Source: a virus
DNA length: 64,000 nucleotides
IMG/VR virus record: IMGVR_UViG_3300045988_101799
Strand: one strand, 5' to 3'
How positions within the stretch are numbered: position 1 is the stretch's first letter; every line of letters begins with the position of its first letter. A program made the position numbers and the translations under genes. The notes beneath the pieces are model-generated. The model saw nothing but the letters and a program-made list of their open reading frames with translations. It was not told where the DNA came from and did no database searches. Of the stretch, positions 1-8,985 are shown one piece after another.

Positions 1-1
1 T

Positions 2-589
2 GATATTACAGGCAGGAAACGTGATGAACTTTCCCGCACGGAATGGCTTAAGCTCACAAATCAAATCAATAAACTTCAACCTGCAATCTTTTCTTTTAAG
101 GCTGGTGTAATATCCCATAGGATAGACAGGCCTTCCGAATGGGATGGAGAAGGAACGGTATATGTTAAGCCGTACATGCGGCCCTACGCAATCGAACTGG
201 AACGCACACACAATGGCGCGTGCATTGTCCGGCTCCACAAGTTGAAGTGGAATGGCACGGTGTGGAAACTTGCGGAGATGGCGGCTCTGACTGTGGGGGA
301 TGCTATAGAACTGGCAAAGCACTTTATTGCGGTGGTTAATCAGAACTGGCAGGAAGTGGGGTTGCGTATTGCGCAGGAAGCGAGGGCGGTGGACTTCATG
401 GTTGATGGTAGCCTCACCTATATGCGCTTCCGATTCCTCACACCCGATAAGGAATCCATGAATAAACTTAACTCCATAAAGGTTCGCAAGCTGGCAGAAC
501 GTTTCTTCCTCCCCTGCATGGTGAAGTTTACGAGCAACAAATGGCACGATGAATTGAATCTGGAAACCGTGAAGCTCGTACTCCGTTGA
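2..589 (+). CDS. hypothetical protein, 5'-truncated at window edge
   Basis: Frame of the 176..589 ORF stays open back to position 2 with no stop, so the gene starts upstream of the window. Confidence 0.5.
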   Translation, partial: DITGRKRDELSRTEWLKLTNQINKLQPAIFSFKAGVISHRIDRPSEWDGEGTVYVKPYMRPYAIELERTHNGACIVRLHKLKWNGTVWKLAEMAALTVGDAIELAKHFIAVVNQNWQEVGLRIAQEARAVDFMVDGSLTYMRFRFLTPDKESMNKLNSIKVRKLAERFFLPCMVKFTSNKWHDELNLETVKLVLR

Positions 590-619
590 ACCCTTAGAAA
601 CCTCACATAGCTCTATAGT

Positions 620-973
620 ATGACCTCCGAAAAAGAATCTAACGTCGTCATCCTCCGCAAGAACTGTCTCCACCACATCGGGCGAGCCGATAGGCTTCAT
701 GCCTTGTGGAGCATCGTGGAGCACCTCCATTCGGTAGTGGACATTGTTGCCCTCGTAAGTGCACTGGTTTGTTTAGGATACCTCCTTGCTACTGGTGAAC
801 TTCTCGTATCGTACCTTACATGGTGTGTTATCATCACGGGCTGGTTTGTCTTCCAGCTACTGGTAGAGTGGGGCATTGACATTATACGCCGACGCCTAAA
901 GCGGCACCAGCTGGAGGCAAATCGCCTCGCCCGTTGCCTTGAAGATATGGGATTTACTCGACCTATCTTCTAA
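620..973 (+). CDS. hypothetical membrane protein (2 predicted TM helices)
   Basis: 117-aa ORF with hydrophobic segments VVDIVALVSALVCLGYLLA and LTWCVIITGWFVF. Confidence 0.45.
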   Translation: MTSEKESNVVILRKNCLHHIGRADRLHALWSIVEHLHSVVDIVALVSALVCLGYLLATGELLVSYLTWCVIITGWFVFQLLVEWGIDIIRRRLKRHQLEANRLARCLEDMGFTRPIF

Positions 974-1004
974 TTAGAAACCTCAAAGCACGCTAGAAAT
1001 TATT

Positions 1005-1358
1005 ATGGAGAATTTTGACCTAATACTTAGCCAAGCAGAAACCGCAACTGGAAGGAAGCCGTACCCTGATAAGCCGAAAGAGCAGGACCTTCTTGCAATC
1101 AGCTTCAAAATATCTAGTCGGAAAAAGCGGATGTTACTCTGTCTTCAACAAACAATATCATCAAAGACTGGTGAAAACATCTTCCCCATACGAACCTATA
1201 GGCTGCCCTATTCTATGGTTGTCAAGGATATATACATTTATCTGTGCGGGTACGACCCGGATAACGTGACCTTCGTAATTGCTCGTGACGGCATCTTCCT
1301 TTACCTTGAATCCAGTGAGGACGGGTACCCGACTATTCGCTGGAAACTGGATATTTAG
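1005..1358 (+). CDS. hypothetical protein
   Basis: 117-aa ORF preceded by the TTAGAAACC motif. Confidence 0.35.
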   Translation: MENFDLILSQAETATGRKPYPDKPKEQDLLAISFKISSRKKRMLLCLQQTISSKTGENIFPIRTYRLPYSMVVKDIYIYLCGYDPDNVTFVIARDGIFLYLESSEDGYPTIRWKLDI

Positions 1359-1392
1359 AAACCATAAATCGCTCTACAAAAACAAAACAGAT

Positions 1393-1968
1393 ATGAAACC
1401 TATCGCACTCGCTCAACAAATCATGCTCCTTCATTCTTGGGCACGGGATAATAATGGTCGTACCGGAAAACTTGGAAGCCCTATGGTTCTTCCTGCCCAT
1501 GTCAAGGGAGAGTTCTATATTCCCCGGAACCCGGAGGATAATATTCTCCAATCTGAACAGACCAAATTCCAGATTGAATCCTTCGGTATTGGGGAGGTAT
1601 TCACGTCAGGCATCTTCTTTGCGGTTAGGACACTCTACGACCCGAATGCCTATGAGGATAGAACGGTGCGCATCATTCGTCTCAACTACCATAAGGTGAA
1701 GCGCGGAGAAAACCATGATTATGCCACCCTATTTTCCTACCATAATTTTTACGCCGTTAGGTATAGCAAAACCCTTTACGACGCTATGTTTAAGGCTCGT
1801 CCATCTCTTGCCCGCTCCGTTAAATTGGGTTGTATATTTCCTACGGAGCCGGGTGCGGAGATTCTGTCCATGACGCCTGACCACATGGTGCTTAACATGA
1901 GCACGCTATCTAAGGATGAAATCCTCTCGCTCCACAAAGATTCCTTCCAATGCAATCTAAGAGTTTAA
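1393..1968 (+). CDS. hypothetical protein
   Basis: ORF 1279..1968 trimmed to the internal ATG at 1393 (MKPIALAQ), just downstream of the TAGAAACC motif; trimming avoids the overlap with 1005..1358. Confidence 0.45.
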   Translation: MKPIALAQQIMLLHSWARDNNGRTGKLGSPMVLPAHVKGEFYIPRNPEDNILQSEQTKFQIESFGIGEVFTSGIFFAVRTLYDPNAYEDRTVRIIRLNYHKVKRGENHDYATLFSYHNFYAVRYSKTLYDAMFKARPSLARSVKLGCIFPTEPGAEILSMTPDHMVLNMSTLSKDEILSLHKDSFQCNLRV

Positions 1969-2082
1969 CCCAACAATTTCTTGCACTCCTTCGGGTTTCC
2001 CGTTTAACTCGGAAGATAATGCAGGAACAAAAAGAACAATACGAACGAAATCCAAAAAGTTATAACCACTACTATCAAGAAT

Positions 2083-2619
2083 ATGTTAGAACCCAAAGAA
2101 TTAGAAAAATTTATCGATGAGGACATTAACCCCGGTGACTACATTGTCAGAGAACTGGGTGGAGAGTATTACGTGGGGAGGGTAGTCGAGCTTTCCCCGA
2201 ACTTCTACAGATACAAAGTCTTAAATGCTTTCCCTCTGGGTGAGGGGGTTGTCCGTCATGAAGAAGCAATCAAATGTTACCCTACACCTCTTCGGAAGTT
2301 TAAGGAGGGGGACGAGGTAATTTGTAGGGAACATATAGGTAAATGGACTGTAATGGAGGACGAGAAGGATTCCGTTCTTGTCGGTATTAAGGATAAACGT
2401 ACAGGAACTATCAAAGCAGTAACCCCTGCCTCCCTTCTTCTCATCAGGCCAATCGACCTGCATTATCGGTTCAGAGTTATCGACGGAGCTATTTGGGACT
2501 TCAAGAAGAATCGGTCCTTACGTGTCAACCCTTCATGTGAGGGAACAACCGAAATGGAACGCCTCTGCAATCTTCTGAATGAATTAGACAGAAACGAAGA
2601 AACTTCTCTTGACAAGTAA
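2083..2619 (+). CDS. hypothetical protein
   Basis: 178-aa ORF in the co-directional plus-strand block. Confidence 0.5.
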   Translation: MLEPKELEKFIDEDINPGDYIVRELGGEYYVGRVVELSPNFYRYKVLNAFPLGEGVVRHEEAIKCYPTPLRKFKEGDEVICREHIGKWTVMEDEKDSVLVGIKDKRTGTIKAVTPASLLLIRPIDLHYRFRVIDGAIWDFKKNRSLRVNPSCEGTTEMERLCNLLNELDRNEETSLDK

Positions 2620-2645
2620 TAAAACCCAGATACTATTATCCGTAC

Positions 2646-3245
2646 ATGAACACCACAGAACCAAACGAATTGAGCCTCGATAATATTCAGGAAGAGGTAG
2701 CCCGCATTCTCACCGAACCGAAGTCTATCATGTTGAAGGAAAGACTGCAACGGGAGTGGGATGCAGTCCCCGCATTCAACCTGCCCATCGACGCGCCTGC
2801 GGATGCGGTTGCCGAGAAAGCTCTTGAACTGGGAGACTACGCCGCCAACATCTTTGATATTGAACCCCCGCCGCTGGCGGGAGTTCAGTTCATCATGGCA
2901 GAAGTCGCCGAGAACCTCGTCACTGTAAAGGAATACATTGCCTTCATGCAGGAGCTTGAGAACCCCGGCAAGGCGTGTAATGTCTTTACAGATTCCCACG
3001 TCATGATTAAGGCACTCGTCCTCTTCATGGCCATTCACCTCTTGATAGCGTATGCCAGTCAGAACGACCCGGACCGCATTGATGAAGAGAAGGGAGGCAT
3101 CTCCGCATTCCGTCTCTTCTCCGTGGCGAGCAATGTAATTTCCATGAACCTGATGGAACAGTCTACTCTTACCTTCGTAGATAAGTCGGAGCTTGCCGAG
3201 AAGGAAGCCAACGCTCGTAAAATTATTCTGCCTCATGAAGCATAA
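2646..3245 (+). CDS. hypothetical protein
   Basis: 199-aa ORF. Confidence 0.5.
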   Translation: MNTTEPNELSLDNIQEEVARILTEPKSIMLKERLQREWDAVPAFNLPIDAPADAVAEKALELGDYAANIFDIEPPPLAGVQFIMAEVAENLVTVKEYIAFMQELENPGKACNVFTDSHVMIKALVLFMAIHLLIAYASQNDPDRIDEEKGGISAFRLFSVASNVISMNLMEQSTLTFVDKSELAEKEANARKIILPHEA

Positions 3246-3552
3246 ACCACACTATAAACTGGCAGGGACAGTCATCGCGGCTATTATTTGCCTCGTTATT
3301 GTAACCATTTTATTTTCATGTAGACCACCAGAAAGCCCACCACCCAACGAAGAATATGAACAATTTGTTATTTTTGTAGGAGACCGTGCTGTGTTTAGCA
3401 GGAAGGGAGTATTAGCCAAAGACGTTATCACGCCGCTCTCTGTGCCGAATGGACAGATGAGGGTGCATGTAATCGGGCGGGATGCGGAGAACAAACCCAT
3501 CAACGTATTTGTGGAAGGAACTAACGTATCTGTATTAAAGCAATGGAAATGA
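3235..3552 (+). CDS. hypothetical membrane-anchored protein
   Basis: ATG at 3235 overlaps the upstream stop (ATGAAGCATAA); N-terminal TM segment LAGTVIAAIICLVIVTILF. Confidence 0.4.
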   Translation: MKHKPHYKLAGTVIAAIICLVIVTILFSCRPPESPPPNEEYEQFVIFVGDRAVFSRKGVLAKDVITPLSVPNGQMRVHVIGRDAENKPINVFVEGTNVSVLKQWK

Positions 3553-3794
3553 CTAGCGAACAGAAGAAATATCGTAAACTTGTACGGAAAATTATTCGGA
3601 CAATCTGTAAGAACTTAGTGAAGAAAGCTAGCGAGTATAACAAGGTTCCCTTAAGGATGGAGTATGTTACCTTATTGGAGTTTGTACTTATGCCGCCTTC
3701 AGATTGTCACGAGATAGTAGAGAAAGAACTTGACAATCTCATTAGCGAAGGTATTATTCCAGTCAGAAAGGAAGACGACAATGGAGATAGGTAA
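3543..3794 (+). CDS. hypothetical small protein
   Basis: 83-aa lysine-rich ORF; its 3' end overlaps the ligase start. Confidence 0.35.
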   Translation: MEMTSEQKKYRKLVRKIIRTICKNLVKKASEYNKVPLRMEYVTLLEFVLMPPSDCHEIVEKELDNLISEGIIPVRKEDDNGDR

Positions 3795-5775
3795 TCCTAA
3801 AAACATGAGCGTGATGGAGTTGGAAGAAGTGATTGCTATCTTCAATAGCTCCTACTACAAAGAGGGGAAAACCCTCCTCCCTGACACGGTTTACGATACT
3901 CTGGTTGAAGAACTGCGTTCCCGTTCCCCGGAATCCAAGGAACTCGATAGTCTTGGGGACGACGTACAACGGGGAGCCAAGACCTTCCGGCATCCTAATC
4001 CCGTGCTCTCCCTTGCCAAGATTCATGAGGGCAAGGACGGAATTGGTATGGACCAGCTTCGCGGCTGGATTGCCGGACGTGACGTCGTGGTTGAACCAAA
4101 GTATGATGGCCTCACCCTCGTTCTGTACATTGAAAAGGGACGGCTCGTCAAGGCCGTTACCCGTGGCAACGGAACCGAGGGGGAAGTAATCCCCCTTGAT
4201 AAGGTTCTCTATATGGCCCCGCCAAGTTATGGGAACTATACGGGAGCTATCCGTGGGGAAGTGGTTGTGGCTAAGAGCAACGAAGGGCAGGTGGAAAGCA
4301 TGGGGTACTCCAACCTCCGCGCCTGTGCCGTTGGTCAACTCCGCAACAATAAGCTCAAGTGGTCTGACTGGCTCATTACCTTCATCCCGTTCGATGCAAG
4401 TCCCTTCCCGGAGGGTGTTGAATCCCGCATGGAACTGCGTGGATGGCTGATGGAAATGTTTGACCTCGTAACTCTCCCCAACGTCTGGCCGGAAGGCGAA
4501 GCCCTGACGGATGAATATATCCGTGGCATGGTTCAGTACCTGCGGGAAGACAATGCCTATCCCACTGATGGTATTGTGTTTAAGTTGAACCAGAAGAATG
4601 CTATAATCCATGCGGGAGAGGCTACCGCCCATCACCCGAAGGATGCCGTTGCCTTTAAGTTCAACCCGCAGGGCGTAGAGACTACCCTTCGCGATGTCAT
4701 TTGGCAAGTAGGACGGACGGGGGTATTAACCCCGGTTGCTGTCTTCGATACGGTGAAGATTGGTGGAACCAATGTATCCCGTGCCACCCTCTCCAACGTG
4801 GCTAACGCGGCATCCTTCCACATTGGCGATACCGTGGAGGTGATTAAGGCAGGGGAGATTATTCCGTACATCCGCAAGGTTCGCGGCTGTGACAATACGG
4901 TTTCCGTTGTCCCTCTGACCTGCCCCTGTTGCGGCTCCACGTTATCCTCTAGTGACCTCAACATCTTCTGTACCAATCCGTTGTGCAGGGATAAGGTAGC
5001 GGCCAAGCTGGAATACGCATGCGGTAAGAACGCACTAGACATTGATGGCATGGGACTTGTATTCTCACGTATGATTGCAGACAAACTGCTCGCCGGGGAG
5101 AATGATGTAGAGCCTCCGACCGCAGAAACTGCTTACCTCCACCACCCGTTCCTGCTTCTCATGTCCGGCACGATGGACAATCTCATCAATGGAATCCCCG
5201 GAACCCAAGGGTACAGAGGATTCCTTGAAATCGTGGAGGAACGGAAGCACCATGCAACCCTTGCTCAATGGATTACTGCAATGGAGATTCCCCATGTCGG
5301 TTGCACTCGTGCGGAAAGTCTCTCCTATGCTTACCCCAATCTCTACGCTTTCCTCACTCTCTTCCCCGAAGATTTAAGGAACAAGCGTCATGCGGAGTTC
5401 GGCCCTCTGATGACCGAGGCAATTCTGAATTACATGGAGACCGTGCCAACGTGGAACGAGATGACGGCAATGGTTATGACAGGAGATATCCCCAATGCCG
5501 AGGGCAATGTTCCCAAGAGCACCGCGTTGCGGGGAGTAAACTTCGTCATCACGGGAACCCTGTCCCAGCCTCGCCATGTATATAACCTACTTGTTCAGGA
5601 CATGGGAGGCACGGTCAAGGAGAACGTGTCGAGGAAGACCAACTACCTAGTCGTCGGTAAGGAACCGGGGGAGCACAAGCAAAAGATTGCGAGGCTCCAC
5701 AAGATTCCTTCAATTACAGAAGAAGAATTCATGCAAATGATTAACCCTTCAATTACGAATGAAGAAAATTCCTAA
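3781..5775 (+). CDS. ligA: NAD-dependent DNA ligase
   Basis: Adenylation motif EPKYDGLT (KxDG), Zn-finger CPCCGS..C..C, OB/HhH region and C-terminal BRCT-like segment (NFVITGTLS...YLVVGKEPG); start taken as internal ATG 3781 (MEIGNPKN). Confidence 0.85.
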   Translation: MEIGNPKNMSVMELEEVIAIFNSSYYKEGKTLLPDTVYDTLVEELRSRSPESKELDSLGDDVQRGAKTFRHPNPVLSLAKIHEGKDGIGMDQLRGWIAGRDVVVEPKYDGLTLVLYIEKGRLVKAVTRGNGTEGEVIPLDKVLYMAPPSYGNYTGAIRGEVVVAKSNEGQVESMGYSNLRACAVGQLRNNKLKWSDWLITFIPFDASPFPEGVESRMELRGWLMEMFDLVTLPNVWPEGEALTDEYIRGMVQYLREDNAYPTDGIVFKLNQKNAIIHAGEATAHHPKDAVAFKFNPQGVETTLRDVIWQVGRTGVLTPVAVFDTVKIGGTNVSRATLSNVANAASFHIGDTVEVIKAGEIIPYIRKVRGCDNTVSVVPLTCPCCGSTLSSSDLNIFCTNPLCRDKVAAKLEYACGKNALDIDGMGLVFSRMIADKLLAGENDVEPPTAETAYLHHPFLLLMSGTMDNLINGIPGTQGYRGFLEIVEERKHHATLAQWITAMEIPHVGCTRAESLSYAYPNLYAFLTLFPEDLRNKRHAEFGPLMTEAILNYMETVPTWNEMTAMVMTGDIPNAEGNVPKSTALRGVNFVITGTLSQPRHVYNLLVQDMGGTVKENVSRKTNYLVVGKEPGEHKQKIARLHKIPSITEEEFMQMINPSITNEENS

Positions 5776-6079
5776 CGAATTTACACGCAACCCCTTCGTA
5801 TGTCGGCTCATCTTTCGTGAAGCTGGCGTTGCCATCTATGAGCTAACCCATAAAGGAAGCGGGAAGGTAAACAATTATGAGGTTGTCATCATCCGTCAGC
5901 ACAAAGCGGACAATGATTTCATCAAGGTTAAAGCCGGAGATGAATACCTCCCCAGCACCAGTGAGTGGGGCCAGTATGGATGGACATTCCCCACTCTTGA
6001 ACTCGCAAACTACAAAGCCAAACATATCATTCATGAACGTTCTATGGATAAATCAGGAAGTCACACTTCCGCTAACTAA
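5759..6079 (+). CDS. hypothetical protein
   Basis: 106-aa ORF. Confidence 0.4.
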   Translation: MKKIPNEFTRNPFVCRLIFREAGVAIYELTHKGSGKVNNYEVVIIRQHKADNDFIKVKAGDEYLPSTSEWGQYGWTFPTLELANYKAKHIIHERSMDKSGSHTSAN

Positions 6080-6695
6080 ATCAGTAATAGATAAACAGGT
6101 TGAGGCCGCAGAGATAATGGGTCGTATCTGCTATAAAAGCGAACCGAAGGGCGACCCCATTGCGTTTCTCTCCCGTATCATTAACCGCGGACATGAAAGT
6201 GTCATCGAGCATATCAATATTCCCGCAGTCCTCCTGACGGACAGGGCAGTTACCCACCAGCTTGTCCGTCATCGTCACATGAGCGTGAGCATGGAGAGCC
6301 AGAGGTTCGTCAACTACTCCCGGAAGGGAACCATTTGCTTCACTCGTCCGCAGTTCTTTAGCGACGAGAAGGTTGACCCGAAGACCATTGAAGAGTTTAA
6401 GGATACCTGCCAGAACCTTGCGGAGAAGTACGTGGAACTTATCCAAGGGGGACTGCCTCCCGAGGAGGCGCGGGGATTGCTTCCGAACTGCACGGCTACG
6501 GTGATTGGCGTGACTGCTAACCTCCGCGAGTGGAGGCACATCTTCCGTATGCGACTAGACGGTGCGGCCCAGCCGCAAATCCGTGCGCTCCTTCTGGCCC
6601 TCCGGCAAAAGATGGAATTGAAGTATGACCTCGCATGGGCATTCAAGGACATCCCAGTTGATACTAACCGACTTCATTCCGTTCCAGAACTATGA
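6033..6695 (+). CDS. thyX: flavin-dependent thymidylate synthase ThyX
   Basis: ThyX signature RHRHMSVSMESQR (RHRxxSxxxxSxR) and HESVIEH motif; start placed at ATG 6033; ATGA overlap with the next gene at 6692. Confidence 0.85.
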   Translation: MNVLWINQEVTLPLTKSVIDKQVEAAEIMGRICYKSEPKGDPIAFLSRIINRGHESVIEHINIPAVLLTDRAVTHQLVRHRHMSVSMESQRFVNYSRKGTICFTRPQFFSDEKVDPKTIEEFKDTCQNLAEKYVELIQGGLPPEEARGLLPNCTATVIGVTANLREWRHIFRMRLDGAAQPQIRALLLALRQKMELKYDLAWAFKDIPVDTNRLHSVPEL

Positions 6696-7297
6696 GCCGT
6701 ATCAGTCTCAAGAAGTATCGGGAACAGATGGAAGCCGATATGAAGGCCAATCGCCTAAAGCGTCGAAGAGGAAAGTTCAAGTGCAAGAAATATAAAGGAA
6801 AATTTTACTGGTATCGAGATAGTCCCGCGGAGCAAAGGAAGTTCTTGAGGGAGACAAAAGCTAACAAGCTTCGGTCTCGCATCATGCCTGAACATAAGCA
6901 ACTTATCCATGCCTCTCTCCGGTCGAAGAAACAACTGACCGAGGAACAACTAACCTATGGTCGCATCCTTGCGTCCAATAAAATATCTACTGGTGCAGTT
7001 GGAGAAACTACCCCAGATGAAACCCCTAGCTGGATTAAGGGGGACAACTCCTTTTTCTTCCAGTTTAAATTTCATGGCTATTTCATCAAAGGTATAGTCC
7101 CCGTGGCTCTTGTTGGAAGTTCCTCTGCGGTTCTGGAAATATGCAGGAAGGCGTACAAGTTCGCACGGAGAATTACAAGGAAGTGGACAGTCAAAGAAGG
7201 ATGTTTAACTCTACCCTCTCCCCGCCTCTTCGTCATAGCCAAGATGTCTATTCGCAAATATATCAACAAACAAATTTACAAGCACCTCACCAAATAA
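6692..7297 (+). CDS. hypothetical basic protein (K/R-rich N-terminus)
   Basis: 201-aa ORF translationally coupled (ATGA) to thyX. Confidence 0.45.
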   Translation: MSRISLKKYREQMEADMKANRLKRRRGKFKCKKYKGKFYWYRDSPAEQRKFLRETKANKLRSRIMPEHKQLIHASLRSKKQLTEEQLTYGRILASNKISTGAVGETTPDETPSWIKGDNSFFFQFKFHGYFIKGIVPVALVGSSSAVLEICRKAYKFARRITRKWTVKEGCLTLPSPRLFVIAKMSIRKYINKQIYKHLTK

Positions 7298-7298
7298 C

Positions 7299-7805
7299 AT
7301 GCACGCTCACGAAGCAATCAACGCAATCGTTTCAACCAAGGTAAACTCACAGGCTTTCCCCGACCTGCCGGAAGGAAAGGAATCCATGAACGATGCCGTC
7401 AACCACCCGAAGCATTACACCTCCCACCCCAGCGGAATCGAGACCATAGAAATTACTGGCAAGCTTCCCTTCGCATTAGGGAACGCCGTCAAGTATTTGA
7501 TGCGGTCACAGTACAAGAAGAACCGTATTGAAGACCTCAAGAAAGCACGATGGTATTTGGAGTACCACGCTAAGCACTGGTCCAAGGTGTTCGAAACGTT
7601 TGACCTTTACCTTATCCTTGAACAGTTCAGGCGTACAGTCATGAGCCATAGCTACCAACGTAGTCCCGAAGATTCCATTCTGGTACAGCTCTTCTATATC
7701 TGGGCGCATGATAAGTTGGTTGAGGTAAACCCCGCATCAGAATTGCAACGATGTATCGGAGAGATTACCCAGCTAATAGAATCCCTCGAAGCGAAACAGA
7801 ACTAA
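7299..7805 (+). CDS. DUF3310-type / MazG-like nucleotide pyrophosphohydrolase family protein
   Basis: Motifs NHPKHY..GIE.IE...F.LGNAVKYLMR......EDLKKARWYL, which I recognise as typical of the phage DUF3310 family. Confidence 0.55.
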   Translation: MHAHEAINAIVSTKVNSQAFPDLPEGKESMNDAVNHPKHYTSHPSGIETIEITGKLPFALGNAVKYLMRSQYKKNRIEDLKKARWYLEYHAKHWSKVFETFDLYLILEQFRRTVMSHSYQRSPEDSILVQLFYIWAHDKLVEVNPASELQRCIGEITQLIESLEAKQN

Positions 7806-7811
7806 AACAAA

Positions 7812-7847
7812 AACCCCGGAAGATATTTCCTTCCGGGGTTTTCGCTT
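7812..7847. terminator. Rho-independent terminator hairpin at the convergence of the plus and minus transcription units
   Basis: CCCCGGAAG-atatttc-CTTCCGGGG followed by TTTTCGCTT; A-run on the other side, so possibly bidirectional. Confidence 0.6.
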
Positions 7848-7928
7848 AGAACCCAAACAACTTACAGTCCAAACAGAATGATGTCGTTGCGGATTCTTTA
7901 TACCATGCAGTACCTATGATGTCAATAC

Positions 7929-8309
7929 CTAACTGACAGGAACTTCGTTTTTCTCAATGCTCGCCATCAGTTCGGCGAGCTTTTTCTTTTTGGTTTCGAG
8001 TTGTTGTTCGAGCCTCTCTATCTCTTTGACGTAATCATGGCACGCATGCTTGGCCGCGTCCTGATAGGTGAGGAAGACAGTGTGGTTGAGATAGCCATTA
8101 TCTATGGTTCTGAATCGGTGGTTGATGTATTCGATTCTGACACGAGAAACGAAACATTCGAAGGCGACATCAGATACTTCAACGGCTCTCACTGTGGGCA
8201 TGCCACCGCAATGTACGTTAATGTACACCGTGCATCCCTTATAAAGGGGGAGCTTGTTAGCTTCTTCTGCTGTGAATATTGAGTTCATACGGAGGGAAGT
8301 ATGTATCAA
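7929..8309 (-). CDS. hypothetical protein with C-terminal coiled coil
   Basis: 126-aa ORF, last gene of the long minus-strand operon. Confidence 0.45.
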   Translation of the reverse strand: MIHTSLRMNSIFTAEEANKLPLYKGCTVYINVHCGGMPTVRAVEVSDVAFECFVSRVRIEYINHRFRTIDNGYLNHTVFLTYQDAAKHACHDYVKEIERLEQQLETKKKKLAELMASIEKNEVPVS

Positions 8310-8328
8310 CTTGAAATAATGTCAAGGA

Positions 8329-8934
8329 CTATTTTAGCCAGCAGTCAGATTCAATATCGAAGTGAGCCTTTACTGATAGGTCGCAACCACATAAGGTACA
8401 ATAGAGAGGGGCCTTCCCGTTGGTCAGGTCCGCAAGCCCGGAAATTTTTTCCTTGAGGAATTTGCGGCCAGCTCCTTCGGCACCGCAGGTAGCGCACCCC
8501 TGTTTCTCTAAATCCGGGGGAGGCGTAGAGGTAGCATAAGGACAGGAGGCGCAGATAGCATAGCGGCGGCGAGCTTCTGCCTCATCTACAAACCTGTGTC
8601 CCCGTCGATACCAGAGAACCATAGTACCGAAGAAGGCCAATATCTTCTTGGCACTCATGGGTTCATACTCCTTCCATTCAATTCCCTTATCCCCGCAGGT
8701 GGTGCAGTACTGGGGAGGGAGAGAAGCGCAAAGCTCGGATTCAAAGAGCGCAACCTGAAAGGGTTCTCCGTTATTCATGAAGAGGCGTGCGACGGATTTG
8801 CGGAGTTGTTCCAGTGAACCCGCGGAAACCTTGGTTCCCTTGAGCCTGACACTCATGGATTCAGGGACAATAAACTTCCAGCCTCCCGGAGGGGTGGCCA
8901 TAATATGATTGGGTACTATACGAAAAGAGGGCAT
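8329..8934 (-). CDS. Cys-rich putative Zn-binding protein
   Basis: Four CxxC / CxC pairs (CTTCG, CASC, CATCG, CTLCGC). Confidence 0.5.
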   Translation of the reverse strand: MPSFRIVPNHIMATPPGGWKFIVPESMSVRLKGTKVSAGSLEQLRKSVARLFMNNGEPFQVALFESELCASLPPQYCTTCGDKGIEWKEYEPMSAKKILAFFGTMVLWYRRGHRFVDEAEARRRYAICASCPYATSTPPPDLEKQGCATCGAEGAGRKFLKEKISGLADLTNGKAPLYCTLCGCDLSVKAHFDIESDCWLK

Positions 8935-8985
8935 GGGAGAATTATATCTCCCATGCCCCCGAAGGTCAAGGATATAAACAGAGGA

